The notes beneath the pieces are model-generated. The model had not been told where the DNA came from. It ran no database searches and saw nothing but the letters and a program-made list of their open reading frames with translations. Of a stretch of 64,000 bases of DNA, positions 61,507 through 64,000 are shown piece by piece. The stretch covers positions 13,834 through 77,833 of the forward strand of contig JAXMER010000015.1 of the NCBI GenBank assembly GCA_046348185.1. The letters are read 5' to 3'. Source of the stretch: Rhodoferax sp. (GTDB taxonomy: Bacteria; Pseudomonadota; Gammaproteobacteria; Burkholderiales; Burkholderiaceae_C). The position numbers and the translations under genes were made by a program. Within the stretch, counting starts at the first letter, position 1. Each line of letters opens with the position of its first letter.

Positions 61507-62468
61507 TCGATCGACCTTTGCTTGATCCAGCTTCCTTGTCCGCTGGCGCCTTGATCTGGGCCTGGCGCCACCCTACACAAGGTAGTCTGGCGACTGTATT
61601 TGCACCCGACGGCACCGTCAGTGAGTGGCGTCGACACATCCGGGACGATAGACCCTCGCAGTGCCCAGTCGGAAGCATTGGAACCAATGAACTCGATGCT
61701 TTGTCGGTGGCTGCCGCAGCCCTGATGAGCGCAACGCCAATGGACAGCGTGCCAGACGGAGAGTCGCTGTATGTCGGCCGTGTGAATAACCACGGCGCGT
61801 TGGAAATGCGTGTGGTCGATGCGGCAACCGTTGACCGTGGTGTTCTACCGGCCTGGACGGCGCTACGTGCGCAAGCATTGGCGCTACGCAATCGGGCGGA
61901 GGGGGGACGTTTTCGTTGGCGCAGTCTGGCGGGGCGCTTGTTCTGGATAAGCCTGCTGGTAGGGTTGTATGTGTTGTACCTATGGTTCCAGGGTAACCGC
62001 GAAGCCGCACAAATCGAGCGTGAAGGCTGGCGTGCCACGGCCACCGTCGTGGAGCGTGTGGGTCGTAGCGGCATGGATGAGCACAAGTTCCTCCTGGTCC
62101 GCTTTGCCGACCGTGCTGGTGCCAGCGCCACGTCCCAGATCAGTGAGTACCTGTCAGCGCCCCACTGGGAGGCGGCCACACCGGGCAGTGAAGTACAGGT
62201 TTTGCAACTCCAAGGACGTGGCACCTACCTGGTGGAGGATATCGAGCGCTACCAGCATCAGAAGCAATGGTTCCTGGGCTTTCCGCTGTTGCTGATCGGC
62301 ATGGCCCTGGGGGCTTTGCGTTTGCTGCCGCGCTACCGCATCGGCACTCATGCCGATGGCCAGGAGTACATCGTCGATGGTGACCGCGTGGTCTCAGACG
62401 ATAAGGACACACCGGTCAGCCGCCTGAACATCAACCTTGCACGCATGTTGTGGAGGGTTCTGAAATGA
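61503..62468 (+). CDS. Hypothetical membrane protein with a DUF3592-like core (TM, beta domain, TM)
   Basis: LFWISLLVGLYVLYLWF ... GWRATATVVERVGRSGMDEHKFLLVRF ... WFLGFPLLLIGMALGAL. ATGA overlaps on both sides. Confidence 0.55.
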   Translation: MIDRPLLDPASLSAGALIWAWRHPTQGSLATVFAPDGTVSEWRRHIRDDRPSQCPVGSIGTNELDALSVAAAALMSATPMDSVPDGESLYVGRVNNHGALEMRVVDAATVDRGVLPAWTALRAQALALRNRAEGGRFRWRSLAGRLFWISLLVGLYVLYLWFQGNREAAQIEREGWRATATVVERVGRSGMDEHKFLLVRFADRAGASATSQISEYLSAPHWEAATPGSEVQVLQLQGRGTYLVEDIERYQHQKQWFLGFPLLLIGMALGALRLLPRYRIGTHADGQEYIVDGDRVVSDDKDTPVSRLNINLARMLWRVLK

Positions 62469-63520
62469 ACTGGTCGCGGCGAGCGGCCCTGGCCGTGGGC
62501 GGGCTGAGCCTGGCACGACTGGGCGCTGCGCAAACTGCGGGCAACGTACGGCATTGGCGCCAGGGCACCCCCTGGCTGGAGACCGATAACCCGCGCGTAG
62601 TGGCCGCCGACGCTACCAATCTGGTGGTGCTGGTGGCACCACACGTGCGGGGCGTACAAGATGGCACCTGCGGTTTCGTATCCATCGACAAGCGCAGTCG
62701 AGCCGTGCGTCGCATCCTGCGCTGCGGCCTGGACCTGTTGCCTCAACAATTGGCCGACGTGCAATCCGATGGCCAGGCTCTGTTCTGGGTCCAGGGTTCA
62801 CGACTGATGCGCACCCATATCGCCAGCGGTGAAACCCGTGAACTCACAGCACGCGGTGCACTGAGGCTGGCGCTGCACGACGGCCGCGTCCATGTGCTCA
62901 ACCACAACAACCACCAGAAGCTGGAGGCCTTTGATGTCCTTACCGGCCAAGCTCTGGGCTTTGTGCCCGTCCCCCCAGGTGGCACGCACTTGGCGTTGGA
63001 CGGTCAGGCGGCCTGGCTGTTGACCAGCGTGGGGCCAAAGGAGCCGTCGGTATTGCATCGTATCGACCTGGTGCGTGGCGAGCGTGCTGAGGTATTGCGC
63101 ACTGGGGCGGGCACGCTGCGGTTTGACGCCATGGCGGCCTACACGCGACCCGAGGACGCTGCCCAGGGACGCATCAGCGGTTTGTATCTGGTGGAGCACG
63201 ACTTCCGGCGGGTGACCACTCGGCTCCTGCATGTCCGCGCATCGGATGGTCACCCAACCGAATGGCCTCTGGGCGCCATTGATGCGGGGCGCCCTTTTTA
63301 CGCTGATGCAAACGCGCTGTACTTTGTTGCATCTACCAACGGCAGCTTGCGCGGGTTGGACACAACGGCGGGCTTGTACCGACTGGGGCATGGTCACGCC
63401 ACGCCGCGTTTGCTGGATCAGGATGTTTTTGCTCCGGCCAGCTTGCTGGCGGATGGTGACGGACTGTATTGGTCTGATCCGCGCACGGTGTACCAACTGC
63501 CGTCACGCGCCTGGTGGTAA
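62465..63520 (+). CDS. Hypothetical exported protein with twin-arginine-like signal and YWTD-like propeller motifs
   Basis: MNWSRRAALAVGGLSLARLGAAQ, plus repeated LFWVQG, LYFVAS and LYWSD motifs. Confidence 0.55.
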   Translation: MNWSRRAALAVGGLSLARLGAAQTAGNVRHWRQGTPWLETDNPRVVAADATNLVVLVAPHVRGVQDGTCGFVSIDKRSRAVRRILRCGLDLLPQQLADVQSDGQALFWVQGSRLMRTHIASGETRELTARGALRLALHDGRVHVLNHNNHQKLEAFDVLTGQALGFVPVPPGGTHLALDGQAAWLLTSVGPKEPSVLHRIDLVRGERAEVLRTGAGTLRFDAMAAYTRPEDAAQGRISGLYLVEHDFRRVTTRLLHVRASDGHPTEWPLGAIDAGRPFYADANALYFVASTNGSLRGLDTTAGLYRLGHGHATPRLLDQDVFAPASLLADGDGLYWSDPRTVYQLPSRAWW

Positions 63521-63670
63521 TATGGCGAACCACCTGGCCTGGCGATGCCCGTGACCGCAGTCTCTTTGTGGATCGTGCCAACCAGATCGCTCGCAGCATC
63601 GACAGACCGTTGGCTCACCTTACATTCGAATTCGTCATTCAGCGCTACACCCTCTGCCAAGGATTTCCCG

Positions 63671-64000
63671 ATGTCAGCAACCCAAAAAACATTCAAAGCC
63701 GTTTTGACCGCAATGAGCATCATGGCCGTCAGTATCAGCTTCGCCCAAACGCCGGTGGAAGTCATATTGACTGAAGGTGTTGTCACCTCGAAAGAACTTC
63801 AAGGCCCGATAAAACCGACCAAAGTCACCAGTACTTTCAGCGCGGCCGGAACAAACAACAACGTCCACGCGATTTTTAAGTTCAAACCCTTTGGAAAGTC
63901 CGTGGGTTTGAGAGCCGTAGTGACCCAAGACACCCCGGATGGTCGCTTCGAACAGGACAGAGTTTTGTCAGTGAAGTCCACTGAATTCAACGTAACCACC
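63671..64000 (+). CDS. Hypothetical secreted protein, 5' part (open to the window end)
   Basis: My own translation gives MSATQKTFKAVLTAMSIMAVSISFAQTPVEVILTEG... with no stop before position 64000. Signal-peptide-like N-terminus. Absent from the ORF track because it is unterminated. Confidence 0.5.
   Translation, partial: MSATQKTFKAVLTAMSIMAVSISFAQTPVEVILTEGVVTSKELQGPIKPTKVTSTFSAAGTNNNVHAIFKFKPFGKSVGLRAVVTQDTPDGRFEQDRVLSVKSTEFNVTT

Noticed and set aside
1-64000. Search for tRNA, rRNA, CRISPR arrays, transposases, integrases and prophage genes
   Set aside because: By eye I found no T-loop/acceptor-type sequences in intergenic regions, no regularly spaced direct repeats, and no ORF with recombinase or transposase motifs. 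tRNAscan, Infernal and CRISPR finders should still be run to confirm.

Overview
High-GC chromosomal segment whose gene content and order suggest a Comamonadaceae-type betaproteobacterium (inference only). I call about 66 protein-coding genes. I saw no rRNA, tRNA, CRISPR array, transposase or integrase. Most of the window is core genome: rsmI/yraN/SIS/BON cluster, pilT-pilU, yggS, putA with a divergent Lrp-type regulator, folB, cca, slt, pyrC, htpX, trxC, ppk2, an ABC exporter and two beta-oxidation-type clusters. Five things deserve a second look. (1) A low-GC 43-nt repeat with a fixed layout (head TAGCCCCCG, exactly 17 nt, then palindrome GCTAY-N7-RTAGC) occurs 12 times. Eight copies sit in frame inside conserved housekeeping genes, and 10 of 12 face the same way on the + strand. 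(2) A second, GC-rich hairpin repeat occurs between pilT and pilU and in frame inside two enzyme genes. (3) A four-gene, translationally coupled operon at 34.5-38.1 kb encodes a small membrane protein, a 602-aa radical SAM/SPASM enzyme, a tail-anchored protein ending in 14 consecutive Asn (an AAY microsatellite), and a DTW-domain protein. A CPBP protease gene lies convergent to it. (4) Lower-GC DNA from 56 kb to the window end encodes only unrecognisable envelope or secreted proteins, including a membrane-anchored LRR protein and a Tat-signal propeller-like protein. (5) A Hanks-type kinase has a periplasmic half resembling the two secreted proteins encoded upstream of it, and it is convergent with an FHA-adenylate cyclase. 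Many long ORFs in the track are antisense artefacts of high GC and were not called.
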